NCBI GenBank assembly: GCA_965116925.1
Contig: OZ220744.1
Span: forward strand, 416,001 to 480,000
DNA from: Candidatus Poribacteria bacterium
GTDB lineage: Bacteria; Poribacteria; WGA-4E; PCPOR2b
Length of the DNA: 64,000 bases
Direction: 5' to 3'
The notes under the pieces were generated by a model, which made no database searches, was not told the DNA's origin, and worked only from the letters and a program-made list of their open reading frames with translations. The translations under genes were made by a program, and so were the position numbers. Shown here piece by piece: positions 9,930 through 19,603 of the stretch (within the stretch, counting starts at the first letter, position 1; each line of letters opens with the position of its first letter).

Positions 9930-10304
9930 ATGATTCGACATCTTCTCATCATTGTTGGGATATTTGCCGCTAGCATGAGTTGGTTGATTTGGCTCTGTCG
10001 AGCGGTCGATCCCAGTACGCGATACGGCTCCGAAGTCGAGTACAATTATGCTAGATATTGTGCCGGTTGTCACGGTGCGAACGGTGAAGGCAATGGACGG
10101 ATCGGACGGTTCAAAAAGCTAGAACCTGCAAATCTGACGACAACCGAATTTTGGGAGGGTCGTACCGACGAACAACTTATTCACAGTATTGATGCCGGCA
10201 AGGATAGTATGCCGGCATTTTTTTACTACCTAACCGATGAAGAACAGCGAGAACTGTTCACATTTATCAAAGAGAATTTTCGACCAACGCCAACGCATGA
10301 TTGA
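9930..10304 (+). CDS. Small exported monoheme cytochrome c
   Basis: Hydrophobic N-terminus, CAGCH, distal SMPAF; ATG at 9930 preferred as start. Confidence 0.85.
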   Translation: MIRHLLIIVGIFAASMSWLIWLCRAVDPSTRYGSEVEYNYARYCAGCHGANGEGNGRIGRFKKLEPANLTTTEFWEGRTDEQLIHSIDAGKDSMPAFFYYLTDEEQRELFTFIKENFRPTPTHD

Positions 10305-10468
10305 GCCCATCGTTCCTCCCATCGTGCGTCGTCAAACAGAGTAAAACAGCCCCAACCAATTCATTGCTAAACTAGCTGTGAGTCTAGTTATGGGAAATAG
10401 ATACGAAAATGTGCGTATCCGTTTTGCCCATCCTAACCTTTCTAGTTTCAAAATTAAGGAGATCTAAA

Positions 10469-11647
10469 ATGAATATCGGAAGGTTCACCCAATTTGCGTT
10501 TGTACTGGCGATCGTTGCCCTAATTGTGGGGTTTTCTGCTTGTGACCAAGTTCAACAAGTGCTGTTTCCTCCACAGCCTGAAAAGCCACCTGAGATGGAA
10601 GCTCCCGAGATTCCCATCGGTGTTGTTGTTGCACAAACAGGACCATTCGCTGCCGCGTATGGTTTACCAATGCTAGATGGCTTTAGGCTCGCTAGCGAAC
10701 ATATTAACAACTCAGGGCTGCTCGGCGACGCAAAAATTAAACTCGTCGAAAAAGATGACCAAAGCGTGAGTGCCGTTGGTCCTGTTGATGAACTGATTGC
10801 AGGGGGTGTGCCTGCGATTGTCGGGTTCGCTATCTCTACTCAGCTGGAAGGGGTAACTCAAACTGCCCAAGACAACGAGGTTGTCCTTTTTAGCTCAGTT
10901 TCATCTGCCCCGATCCTGGAGGGACGCGGTAACTTTACCTTCCGCTCAGGACTGACCTCGGCCATACTTAACCCGCCTCTCGTCATGGCGACTCAAGCGA
11001 AACTTGGCTACCAGACGGCAGCTACAATATACCATCACGGCGATACCTACTCTACACTGAGTGACAAAGCGTTCAGGGACGCGCTCGCAGAGAATGGTGT
11101 CGACGTTGTGGCCATGGAGACCTACCAAGGTGATGCTACCAATTATACGGAGGAATTAACTCGGATAATGGAAGCAAATCCTGATGCGCTCTTTATCTCC
11201 GCGTTAGGGTCTCATATACCTCAGATTATGATCGAAGCGCGCCAGCTTATGCCTTCTGTACACATTTTTGTTCCCGAGATGACTGACATTGAGGTCACAG
11301 GCGCGGGTGATGCGGCTGAGGGAGTCGTTACTTCTATCGGTTGGTTCAGCATGAATGACAACCCAATGAATCAAGCGTTCATCCAAAGCTATACAGCGAC
11401 ATACGGAGAGGCACCGGTCGCTTGGGCAGCACAATCGTATGCCACGCTCAATATTCTCGCTGCGGCAATTGTCCAGGCGTATGCGACGACGCACTCCATC
11501 GATGCAACGGCGATTCGGGACGCGCTGGCGCATACCATGGATGTTCCTACCGTCTTAGGAAATTTCTCTTTTGGTGCTGATGGGGACGGAGTTTATGCCC
11601 CGAATATACTGGTTGTCGAAAACGGCGAATTTGTAGCCTTTGAATAA
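10469..11647 (+). CDS. LivJ/LivK-type ABC substrate-binding lipoprotein
   Basis: Lipobox FSAC; type I periplasmic binding protein motifs; AAGGAG RBS before ATG 10469. Confidence 0.85.
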   Translation: MNIGRFTQFAFVLAIVALIVGFSACDQVQQVLFPPQPEKPPEMEAPEIPIGVVVAQTGPFAAAYGLPMLDGFRLASEHINNSGLLGDAKIKLVEKDDQSVSAVGPVDELIAGGVPAIVGFAISTQLEGVTQTAQDNEVVLFSSVSSAPILEGRGNFTFRSGLTSAILNPPLVMATQAKLGYQTAATIYHHGDTYSTLSDKAFRDALAENGVDVVAMETYQGDATNYTEELTRIMEANPDALFISALGSHIPQIMIEARQLMPSVHIFVPEMTDIEVTGAGDAAEGVVTSIGWFSMNDNPMNQAFIQSYTATYGEAPVAWAAQSYATLNILAAAIVQAYATTHSIDATAIRDALAHTMDVPTVLGNFSFGADGDGVYAPNILVVENGEFVAFE

Positions 11648-11819
11648 TCCTCAACGACAGTAGGGGACAACATCGTTGGTCCCTACAACTTGGGTTTTAT
11701 GCCTAAAGGCATTTTTCAATAACCTGTTCCAAATATCAATCAATAGCGAATCAGGCTGGGGTAGATTTTCTGAATCTGCCCCGCCTTAATTTTTGCGTTT
11801 GAAACCAAGGAGGTTCAAA

Positions 11820-12998
11820 ATGAATATCAGCAGATTCACCAAATTCGCGCTTGTATTGGCAATTGCTGCCCTGATTGTCGGGCTTTCCGCCTGTGACCAG
11901 ATTGGGCAACTTCTCGTCCCCGCCCCCCCCGAAATGCCACCTGATACGGAACTTCCCGGAGAAATTATTATCGGTGTCTCCCTGCCACTGGACGACGAAA
12001 ACGGTCCCCTGTATGGCTTACCGATGAAACGTGGCTTTGAGCTCGCTCAAGCAGAGATTAACCACTATGGTGGTCCCCAAATCACCTTCATCATTGAGGA
12101 TGATCAGAGCACCATTGAAGGCGCGAAGGCAGCCTTGAATAAACTGATTCATCAAGATGGTGTGTCCATTATCACCGGTATCACTTTCTCAAGTCAGCTC
12201 AGAGAGTTAGCGCCAATAGTAGAAGAGAACGGAGTTGTATGTTTTAGCTCGCTCTCTTCCGCTGCCGGTCTGAGCGCACTTAGCGATTTTATTTTCCGTA
12301 CAGGGCTCCCCACAAATGTCCTAAATCCGGCGGGTATCCGGGTAAGTCAGGAAAAACTCGGCTATCAACGGGCGGCACTGATATATGATGAGGCCGATGT
12401 CTATTCCACGAGTAGCAACGAGGAGGTAACTAAAGTGCTTGCGGCTAGTGGTGTCGATATTGTGATTACAGAGACCATCCAAACCGACGGTACTGATTTT
12501 AGGCAACAATTAACTCAGATAATGGAGACAAATCCTGACGTTGTCTTTATCTCCGCTTTATCCGCCCAGATGACCGATATTATGATTCAAGGGCGTGAGG
12601 TTGGTATCCCTGCCTCTGTTACGTACATTGTTCCCGATCTGACCGGCAACGAAGTGCAAATCGCAGCGGAGGCCGCCGAGGGCGCGATTACTTTTACCAA
12701 TTGGAGTGCTATGGCTGACACACCGGGCAATCAAGCCTTCGTCGAGAAGTACCGGGTGAAGTATCCTGGTATCGAACCGGATCCTTGGGCGGCACAATCG
12801 TATGCTACCCTTTATATCCTAGCAGAAGCGATTTCAAATGCACAATCGACCGAGGCAACGGCAGTTCGAGACGCGTTGGCGAAGACCATGGATTTCCCTA
12901 CCGTTATGGGGAATTTCTCTTTTGATGAAGTCGGGGACGCGGTTTACGACCCAATTATACTGACTGTCGAAAATGGCGAACTTGTTGCATTTGAGTAA
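11820..12998 (+). CDS. LivJ/LivK-type ABC substrate-binding lipoprotein (tandem paralog)
   Basis: Lipobox LSAC; similar to the upstream gene at both termini (MNI.RFT.FA..., WAAQSYATL, VENGE.VAFE); AGGAGG RBS. Confidence 0.85.
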   Translation: MNISRFTKFALVLAIAALIVGLSACDQIGQLLVPAPPEMPPDTELPGEIIIGVSLPLDDENGPLYGLPMKRGFELAQAEINHYGGPQITFIIEDDQSTIEGAKAALNKLIHQDGVSIITGITFSSQLRELAPIVEENGVVCFSSLSSAAGLSALSDFIFRTGLPTNVLNPAGIRVSQEKLGYQRAALIYDEADVYSTSSNEEVTKVLAASGVDIVITETIQTDGTDFRQQLTQIMETNPDVVFISALSAQMTDIMIQGREVGIPASVTYIVPDLTGNEVQIAAEAAEGAITFTNWSAMADTPGNQAFVEKYRVKYPGIEPDPWAAQSYATLYILAEAISNAQSTEATAVRDALAKTMDFPTVMGNFSFDEVGDAVYDPIILTVENGELVAFE

Positions 12999-13171
12999 TC
13001 CTCAGTGTTAGATGTGCACAACCGGCCCCTGTCACCAGCCACTCGTTGAGGGCAGGGGCTTCGGTTTTAATAACGTTTTGGGGGTTGTGGCAGATTTTGG
13101 TTGCCGGGCGTTTTTCGGCAAATCCCCGTCATAACTGATTTTTTTTCGTTCGACAGAATGGAGATGTAACA

Positions 13172-13378
13172 ATGAGACAAGTGGTTATTTACCCGGGCGA
13201 AGATAATTATTGGGTTGCTGAATGCCCTAGCTTGCTCGGTTGCATCAGTCAAGGAAAAACGAAGCAAGAAGCTATCGCCAATATCAAAGAGGCAATTGAA
13301 GGATACATTGTTTCTCTAGAGGAAGATGGGCTGCCAGTCCCCGAAGAACACTTTGAGGCATTGGTGGTAGCTGTATGA
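13172..13378 (+). CDS. hicB: HicB family antitoxin (short form)
   Basis: WVAECPSL.GCISQGKT..EA..NI.EAI signature. Confidence 0.88.
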   Translation: MRQVVIYPGEDNYWVAECPSLLGCISQGKTKQEAIANIKEAIEGYIVSLEEDGLPVPEEHFEALVVAV

Positions 13379-13596
13379 GCAGATTACCGAGGATTTCAGG
13401 AAGAGACTGCGTCAAAGCACTTGACAAGGTTGGATTTTACCTGAAGCGACAGCATGGAAGTCATCTGATTTTGCGTCGAGATAATCCTTTCGCTCAAGTC
13501 GTTGTTCCTAACCATAAAGAGTTGGATAGAGGTACCTTGCGTAGCATCATCAGACAAGCAGAGCTCAGTGTAGACGAGTTTGTGAGGTTATTGTGA
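13375..13596 (+). CDS. hicA: HicA family mRNA interferase toxin
   Basis: GF...RQHGSH, VVVPNH.EL.RGTLRSI; ATGA overlap with hicB. Confidence 0.9.
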   Translation: MSRLPRISGRDCVKALDKVGFYLKRQHGSHLILRRDNPFAQVVVPNHKELDRGTLRSIIRQAELSVDEFVRLL

Positions 13597-13606
13597 GGCT
13601 GCATTC

Positions 13607-13759
13607 ACTTAACAAGTCATTGTAGTCTTCTTAGTCCCAATCTACCAAAGTGACAGCGAAGATCTACGGTTTCATGATGTTTCGTAGTTTGCGGTAAGCT
13701 TTGGTTTCGCGGGTATATTTCGGCAAACCCCTCCTATAACTGAAATTTCTTCGTTAGGA
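13607..13759 (+). mobile_element. Degenerate integron attC-like site
   Basis: ACTTAAC-AAGTC-ATTGTAGT ... ACTGAAAT-TTCTTC-GTTAGGA box layout. Its 3' ~55 bp resemble 13096-13150. Confidence 0.4.
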
Positions 13760-13771
13760 GGTTACCCTGAA

Positions 13772-14155
13772 ATGAGATTCACATTGAAGAGGGTTACCAG
13801 CCAGATCTGGTATACCACTGTTCTCGGAGTAACTGTATACGTTGCTTTGTTCTTAATTGCGTATATATGGATTGACCACGCTTCTAACCGCGAGGAATTC
13901 CCTATCCATATACTCGGTCCAATGTATATCGGACTTTCGTTCTACCAGATCTTGTCCATCATCAACGTTGCATGGTTGTTCTTTCTAGTTGCAGATCTGT
14001 TCTCCGCGCTGCGCTTACTAGCCCCTCCACGAAAAGGGAAACTTCGAGGTATAGTGCTACGATTGGGTAGCATTCTGCTATCAATTGCAGCGGTTGTTAT
14101 CGTTCAGTGGGCTGCCGCGTCGCTCAAACGTGTGGCTGACGCTTATACGATCTAA
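13772..14155 (+). CDS. Hypothetical membrane protein (3 TM), cassette-like
   Basis: AGGAGG RBS; three hydrophobic segments; stop codon lies inside ATCTAAC. Confidence 0.6.
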   Translation: MRFTLKRVTSQIWYTTVLGVTVYVALFLIAYIWIDHASNREEFPIHILGPMYIGLSFYQILSIINVAWLFFLVADLFSALRLLAPPRKGKLRGIVLRLGSILLSIAAVVIVQWAAASLKRVADAYTI

Positions 14156-14317
14156 CTATAAACTTTTGGGGTGAGTTTTTGAGGATATTGAGCTCAAAAA
14201 CTCATTAATGCACCGGTGAACCCATGAACAAATTGTTTTTACGTTTCACGCATCACGTTTCACTTTGAGTCTGTCAACTCTTATAAACCAGCACCATTGG
14301 TTAGAAGAAAACGGAGT

Positions 14318-14379
14318 TCACGGATATCCGTGACATCTTCTTTTTAACGCTTGATCTCCTATCCGTATGCTGCTATCAT
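14318..14379 (+). promoter_or_regulatory. Palindromic operator TCACGGATATCCGTGA plus promoter of the cupredoxin/bd-like operon
   Basis: Identical 16-bp palindrome at 14318-14333; TTGATC (14351-14356), 17-bp spacer, TG-n-TATCAT (14374-14379). Confidence 0.65.
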
Positions 14380-14443
14380 AAATGCCATCAACATACAATC
14401 GTTTCAAGATCGGAATTTAATAAAGAAAGGATCTGTTCAAATC

Positions 14444-15193
14444 ATGAAAACTGCAATAACTCTGACCGCACTCAGTTTTATGCTCATCGCAAGCCTGACG
14501 TATGCTGGCACAATCTCCGGAACCGTGATGTATGATGGGGATGCCCCAGCGCGACCAGCGTTGCAAGCGACCAAAGACCAGCACTGTGTCGATTCCCTGA
14601 AAAGTGGTAAATCTGAAGCACTTGTGGTTTCCAAAGGCAAAGGAATTAAAAACGTTGTCGTCTACTTGCGGGCACGAGGCGCGAAGCCAACAATCCCCAC
14701 CAAAAATCCAGTTATGGATCAGGTTGACTGCATGTATTATCCACATGTTCTCGTTGTGACCGCAGGGACCACAGTAGATGTGACCTCCAGCGACCCGGTT
14801 GCACATAACGTCCATTCTCATGCCACGAAGAACGAGGCACCGAATTGGCAAATACCCGGACCCGGTAAAATGCTACCTCTAAAATTAGAAAAACGTGAAG
14901 CGATTAAGTTCACCTGCGATATCCACAACTGGATGACCGGATATATCTTTGTTACAGACAATGATTATTACGCCGTAACAGGATATAAAGACAAAGAGGG
15001 CAAATGGGTCAGCTCCGATGCCTACGAAGGTTCAAACGATACAGGGGCCTATATGATTAAAGATGTCCCCGCCGGCAAATATCGTGTGCAAGCGTGGCAC
15101 GAGGAACTTGGAACGACAAAAGCACAAGTTGTTGAAGTTGCAGACGGAGATGTCCAGATCGACTTTACCAGTGCCGATTTTAAGAAGAAGTAA
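14444..15193 (+). CDS. Exported cupredoxin-like protein with carboxypeptidase-regulatory-like beta-sandwich
   Basis: Signal peptide; HNVH and C-D-I-H-N-W-M type 1 Cu ligand pattern; G.Y.I.DVPAGKY.V.AWHE. Confidence 0.75.
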   Translation: MKTAITLTALSFMLIASLTYAGTISGTVMYDGDAPARPALQATKDQHCVDSLKSGKSEALVVSKGKGIKNVVVYLRARGAKPTIPTKNPVMDQVDCMYYPHVLVVTAGTTVDVTSSDPVAHNVHSHATKNEAPNWQIPGPGKMLPLKLEKREAIKFTCDIHNWMTGYIFVTDNDYYAVTGYKDKEGKWVSSDAYEGSNDTGAYMIKDVPAGKYRVQAWHEELGTTKAQVVEVADGDVQIDFTSADFKKK

Positions 15194-15217
15194 GGCGCGA
15201 AATAACATCACCGACGT

Positions 15218-15251
15218 AGAAACCGAGTTTTTTCTTGAAAACTCGGTTTCT
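15218..15251. repeat. AGAAACCGAGTTTT...AAAACTCGGTTTCT hairpin repeat family
   Basis: Inverted repeat; copies at 22916-22961, 39793-39826, 57995-58027 and 58467-58504, with a half copy near 48445-48485. Confidence 0.8.
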
Positions 15252-15383
15252 GTTGCACCATTTTTGAACATGATCCCCCAAAATAGCTTTCACGTTTCAC
15301 GCATCACGTTTTAAGTCCTTAGTGTTTGACACTTGCTTTTGACACGAGTCCCGATATTAAGTCTGGAGTAACAGAGAAAAACA

Positions 15384-17207
15384 ATGTATCTCACCAAACA
15401 TTCCAGTATGAACCAGTCCAAAAACAGGCTATATCTTTTGTTCGGTCTGCTTGTCATCTATCTGTTGTTGACGGCTGTGACTGTCTTCGCCCAAGATGCG
15501 ACTGACACAGAGTACCGCCCCTTCCCGGGGATCGGCAGCCGTAACGCCGCTTGGATTGCTGCACAGCTGCATCTGTTATTCGGTTCCTTCATCTTGGGTG
15601 TTCCAATGTTCGCGGTTGTCATTGAGTTTGTCGGAATGAAAACAAAGGACAAGCGGTATGATAAGATGGCGCAGGAGTTCATCAAACTTTGCATGGGAGC
15701 GTTCTCAACGACAGCTCTGATGGGGGGTGTACTCGTTTTTATCCTCATCTGGTGCTACCCGAAAGTGATGAACAAACTGTCAGGAATCTTCGGTCCGACA
15801 ATGATTTTCTACGTCATCCTGTTCTTTGGGGAGACCTTTACGCTGTATCTCTACTCTTACGGGTGGGATCGGATGCAGGGCAAGGTGTCGAAAATGTGGC
15901 ACCTCTTTCTCGGTGTGCTCCTGAACGTATTTGGTACAGCGATTATGTTTGTCTCTAACTCTTGGCTGACGTATCAAACTAGCCCAGCGATTATGGGACC
16001 CAAACCCGCCCACGAGGCAATTCCACTCCACGATGAGTCGGGCGCATTTATCGGGACGCTGTGGCAGGCAGTCAATAATTACACGTGGATGCCTGTCAAT
16101 ATCCACCGCCTCATTGGAAATATTGCTTTCGGCGGTGCTATCGTCGGTGCTTATGCCGCCTTTCGTTTCTTGGCTGCCAAAACGCAGGAAGACAGGGCGC
16201 ATTACGACTGGATGGGATATACGGGCAATTTTATCGCGCTGTGTGGGTTGATTCCACTGCCATTTGCCGGCTATTGGCTAGGACGAGAAATCTATATGTT
16301 TAACCAGACGATGGGCATCAACATGATGGGAAGCCTCTTCTCGTGGCTGTTTATTATTCAGGCAGTCATGATTGGGGTACTGTTCATCGGAGCGAATTAC
16401 TATCTCTGGTCTGGCATGACCCGCATCGCAGGCGGGGAGGTATACGCCCGTTTTCGTCCTTACATGATCGCTATCATCGTTCTATCTGTCGCCATCTGGA
16501 TGACACCGCGCACACTCATTGTGACGCCTACGGAGTTGGCTGCAATGGGGGGACCCAATCACCCGCTCGTTGGACTTTTCGGCTTGATGACAGCGAAGAA
16601 CACGGTTGTTAATCTCATTATCTTGACCACCTTTCTCAGCTTTCTGTTTTACCGTCGATCCGGTAAAACACCGACAGTGAGTTGGCGCAAAGCGGGCAAT
16701 ATAACCATCGCAGTTACTTTTGGGCTAGCTGTCGCAGCGATTGTTATAATTGGAATCGTAGGGTTCAGGGTGAACACTGACTTCCGTGTCAATGTCCTAA
16801 CGCCAATACAAGTGCTGGTCGCATTAGCAGTAATGATTGTGGTGACAGTGATTGACTTGATTATGTATCGAAAGGCGATGCGTTCAAGCGAAATCAACTG
16901 GGGGCAAATGACAGAGCGGTCTCAATATGTGCTGATTCTGCTCGCCATTACCTTTACCTCACTGATGGGGTTGATGGGCTACGCACGGTCGGGGCTCCGG
17001 GAGGCGTGGCATATTTTCGGTGTAATGCCTGACACCTCGCCCGATGCACACACCCCTCTGCTCGCGGATGCCGTTAACATGATTGCCGTTATTATAGTGA
17101 TTTTCTTCGCTTTGGTAGGTTTTATTTTCTGGCTCGGTTTGTGGGGCGATAAGAAAAAAGAGGGACAGCCACCCGTTGAAGCAGAAGCCACTACAGGAGA
17201 TGATTAA
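15384..17207 (+). CDS. Cytochrome bd-like oxidase subunit I homolog (CydA-like), no cydB nearby
   Basis: Helix I His (QLHLLF), FF.ET, NSWL..P, NIHRL His, LMTAKN Met and MGYARS in place of GWxxxExGRQPW; no recognisable Q-loop; N-terminal signal-like segment. Confidence 0.8.
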   Translation: MYLTKHSSMNQSKNRLYLLFGLLVIYLLLTAVTVFAQDATDTEYRPFPGIGSRNAAWIAAQLHLLFGSFILGVPMFAVVIEFVGMKTKDKRYDKMAQEFIKLCMGAFSTTALMGGVLVFILIWCYPKVMNKLSGIFGPTMIFYVILFFGETFTLYLYSYGWDRMQGKVSKMWHLFLGVLLNVFGTAIMFVSNSWLTYQTSPAIMGPKPAHEAIPLHDESGAFIGTLWQAVNNYTWMPVNIHRLIGNIAFGGAIVGAYAAFRFLAAKTQEDRAHYDWMGYTGNFIALCGLIPLPFAGYWLGREIYMFNQTMGINMMGSLFSWLFIIQAVMIGVLFIGANYYLWSGMTRIAGGEVYARFRPYMIAIIVLSVAIWMTPRTLIVTPTELAAMGGPNHPLVGLFGLMTAKNTVVNLIILTTFLSFLFYRRSGKTPTVSWRKAGNITIAVTFGLAVAAIVIIGIVGFRVNTDFRVNVLTPIQVLVALAVMIVVTVIDLIMYRKAMRSSEINWGQMTERSQYVLILLAITFTSLMGLMGYARSGLREAWHIFGVMPDTSPDAHTPLLADAVNMIAVIIVIFFALVGFIFWLGLWGDKKKEGQPPVEAEATTGDD

Positions 17208-17225
17208 CAATCAAACACAATTGGA

Positions 17226-18737
17226 ATGAGAGCGATGCAAAGAAAACTAATTAGAATTATCTGCCTAATTTTAATGGTTGTGAGTTTTTTCGCCTATATC
17301 GCGAAAGCCCCGGCTTTCCCGATCGCTTCGGAAAACCTGCTGCCATGGTCAGCGTGGTTTTTCATCTTTGCGTTGGCGAGTATCATACTCTGGCAGAGCG
17401 TGGTCAAACTCCTGTCATTTGCGTTGATGGTGATCTGGTTCTATGCGTTCGCTGCCAGCATTGTGCCAGAGACATCAACTGCAACGTTTGACCCTAACGC
17501 CGTAGACCGGACGCCGGATGCGTTTATTGAGGTTGGAGAGATAATCTTTAACGGAAAAGGAAAGTGCAACACCTGTCATACACTTGATCCGTCTGCGCCA
17601 AAAAGTCGCTGTCCCGATTTAACCGATATTGGCACTCACGCTGCGACACGCCAACCGGGGAAAACCGCAAAAGAGTATCTCATCGAATCCACCTATGAAC
17701 CCCACAAATTCCTCGTCCCCGGCTACAGTAACATTATGCCACCGGTCTGGAAACCACCAATCAGTCTAACCGAGTTGGAAATCGAAACCGTTATTGCGTT
17801 CTTGCAGAGTCAGGGCGGTGAAGTGGATGTGACAGAGTTTGAGCCGCCCGTTGATATCGGAAGCGCAGCGGCTGTAGTGGAGGAATTGCCGCCCCTCCTC
17901 ACCGGCGACGTTGAACGCGGTAAAAAGGTTTTTGTAGAGGGAGCGAAGTGTATAGCGTGTCACGCCGTTGCTGGTGTAGAGCAACCCGCCGGTCAAACAC
18001 TTGATGAGGGAGTCGAAGTTGTCGCTGCACCCGACTTGACGGATATCGCTGGGTTAAACAGCCTCCGGTATATTGAGGAATCCGTCCTATTGCCAAATGC
18101 CCAAATTGTGAGCGGATACGGTTCCATTACGGTGAAAACCGGCGGTGCCACAATTCAGGGAACGCTTGTTACGCAAGATAATGAGAAGATCAGCGTGCGT
18201 GTTAAGGACGCAGCTGGCAACGAGGAAGAACGCACCATTCTATTGAACGACCTTGATCCAGAACCGATTGAAGAATTGACAGATCTGACAGGAAAAGGAT
18301 ACTTCTGGATTCAAGTAACGCTTGCCGACACGGGAGCCACCGTAAGTGGTGATCTCGTAGACGAGACCGACGAAAGCATTACGCTTCAGGTGGGTGGAGA
18401 ACCCCAGACAATTTCCAAGTCGAATGTGAAGGTTCAAGCGACGTTGATTGACTTTGATGAGAATGTTATCGTTGGGGAGTTGGTATCAGAAAATGAGGAC
18501 GAAGTCACCTTAATCGTTGATGGTGAGGAGCAGATCATTGATACATTCGATATCGACGAAGGACCGACCTACAGCCGTGCTTTCGGTAAGCGACTAGTTG
18601 TAACTTCCCCGATGCCGAATAACTTTCCGCTGTTACTGTCGGTTTCGGATATGAGCGATCTACTTGCATATCTAGCAAGCTTAACGGGTGCGATAGAAAC
18701 AACGGCGGCTGAAGAAGCAGAAGCAACCGCCGAATAA
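17226..18737 (+). CDS. Membrane-anchored diheme cytochrome c with triplicated acidic beta-domain
   Basis: Three N-terminal TM segments; CNTCH and CIACH; the second domain follows a PDL...ES.L.P.A.IV.GY...SPMP pattern. Confidence 0.8.
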   Translation: MRAMQRKLIRIICLILMVVSFFAYIAKAPAFPIASENLLPWSAWFFIFALASIILWQSVVKLLSFALMVIWFYAFAASIVPETSTATFDPNAVDRTPDAFIEVGEIIFNGKGKCNTCHTLDPSAPKSRCPDLTDIGTHAATRQPGKTAKEYLIESTYEPHKFLVPGYSNIMPPVWKPPISLTELEIETVIAFLQSQGGEVDVTEFEPPVDIGSAAAVVEELPPLLTGDVERGKKVFVEGAKCIACHAVAGVEQPAGQTLDEGVEVVAAPDLTDIAGLNSLRYIEESVLLPNAQIVSGYGSITVKTGGATIQGTLVTQDNEKISVRVKDAAGNEEERTILLNDLDPEPIEELTDLTGKGYFWIQVTLADTGATVSGDLVDETDESITLQVGGEPQTISKSNVKVQATLIDFDENVIVGELVSENEDEVTLIVDGEEQIIDTFDIDEGPTYSRAFGKRLVVTSPMPNNFPLLLSVSDMSDLLAYLASLTGAIETTAAEEAEATAE

Positions 18738-18753
18738 GGAATATTAAACCGCC

Positions 18754-19533
18754 ATGCAAAGATTATCCCTTTTCACAAAATGCCTAGTCATATTTGTTGT
18801 GCTTTGGCTCTTTTTGAAATTTTTCATCGGTGGCGTGTGGTCTGTTCCGTTACCTGCCAGTGTGATCTCAATGTATCTGGGACTTATTCTATTGGCGATT
18901 CTGGTTCACGTATCTGTCGAAGATGATAGGTTTCGAGAATTTCTGCGCCCTATCAAAGAGACTCTAGCTGATGATACTAGAAGGACAAGATGCACTGTGC
19001 TGTTCGTCCTTATCCCTTTGGTTATGCTCGGTTTAACCTTTTCCGAAATGTCGACAAAAGCAGATCCACCCGCTGCGCTGCGCACTGCCCATCCAGCTCC
19101 GCCTGATGAACTGACGTACCGCGAGAAGGTTATCGGCCCCACGCAAGAAGTAGAGAATCCTTTCCGATATCTTGAGAAAGATGACAAGGAGGCATTTAAG
19201 GCTCATGTAGAGAACGGACGCCGGGTCTATTATCAAAACTGCTTCTACTGCCACGGCGATGATCTTGATGGAGAGGGACATTTCGCTCACGGCTTCAACC
19301 CACCGCCTGCAAACTTTCAGGACCCTGGGATTATTCCGAACTTCCAAGAATCTTTCTTCTTCTGGCGTATCAGTAAAGGAGGTCCCGGTCTGCCGCCGGC
19401 TGCGACTCCTTGGGATTCTGCCATGCCGGTCTGGGAAGACCATTTGACAGAGGAGGAGATTTGGGACGTAATCCTCTTCCTCTCTGAGTACACAGGCTAT
19501 CGACCGAGAACATTCGGTGAAGCGGCGCATTAA
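18754..19533 (+). CDS. Membrane-anchored monoheme cytochrome c
   Basis: Three N-terminal TM segments; CFYCH; PPPANF; SAMPVW distal Met. Confidence 0.85.
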   Translation: MQRLSLFTKCLVIFVVLWLFLKFFIGGVWSVPLPASVISMYLGLILLAILVHVSVEDDRFREFLRPIKETLADDTRRTRCTVLFVLIPLVMLGLTFSEMSTKADPPAALRTAHPAPPDELTYREKVIGPTQEVENPFRYLEKDDKEAFKAHVENGRRVYYQNCFYCHGDDLDGEGHFAHGFNPPPANFQDPGIIPNFQESFFFWRISKGGPGLPPAATPWDSAMPVWEDHLTEEEIWDVILFLSEYTGYRPRTFGEAAH

Positions 19534-19603
19534 AAAGTATAAAACGACCCCAAATCCCGAAAAAGATTAACTGAGATGTGGAATTGGGAGCGAGAAAAAA
19601 ATA

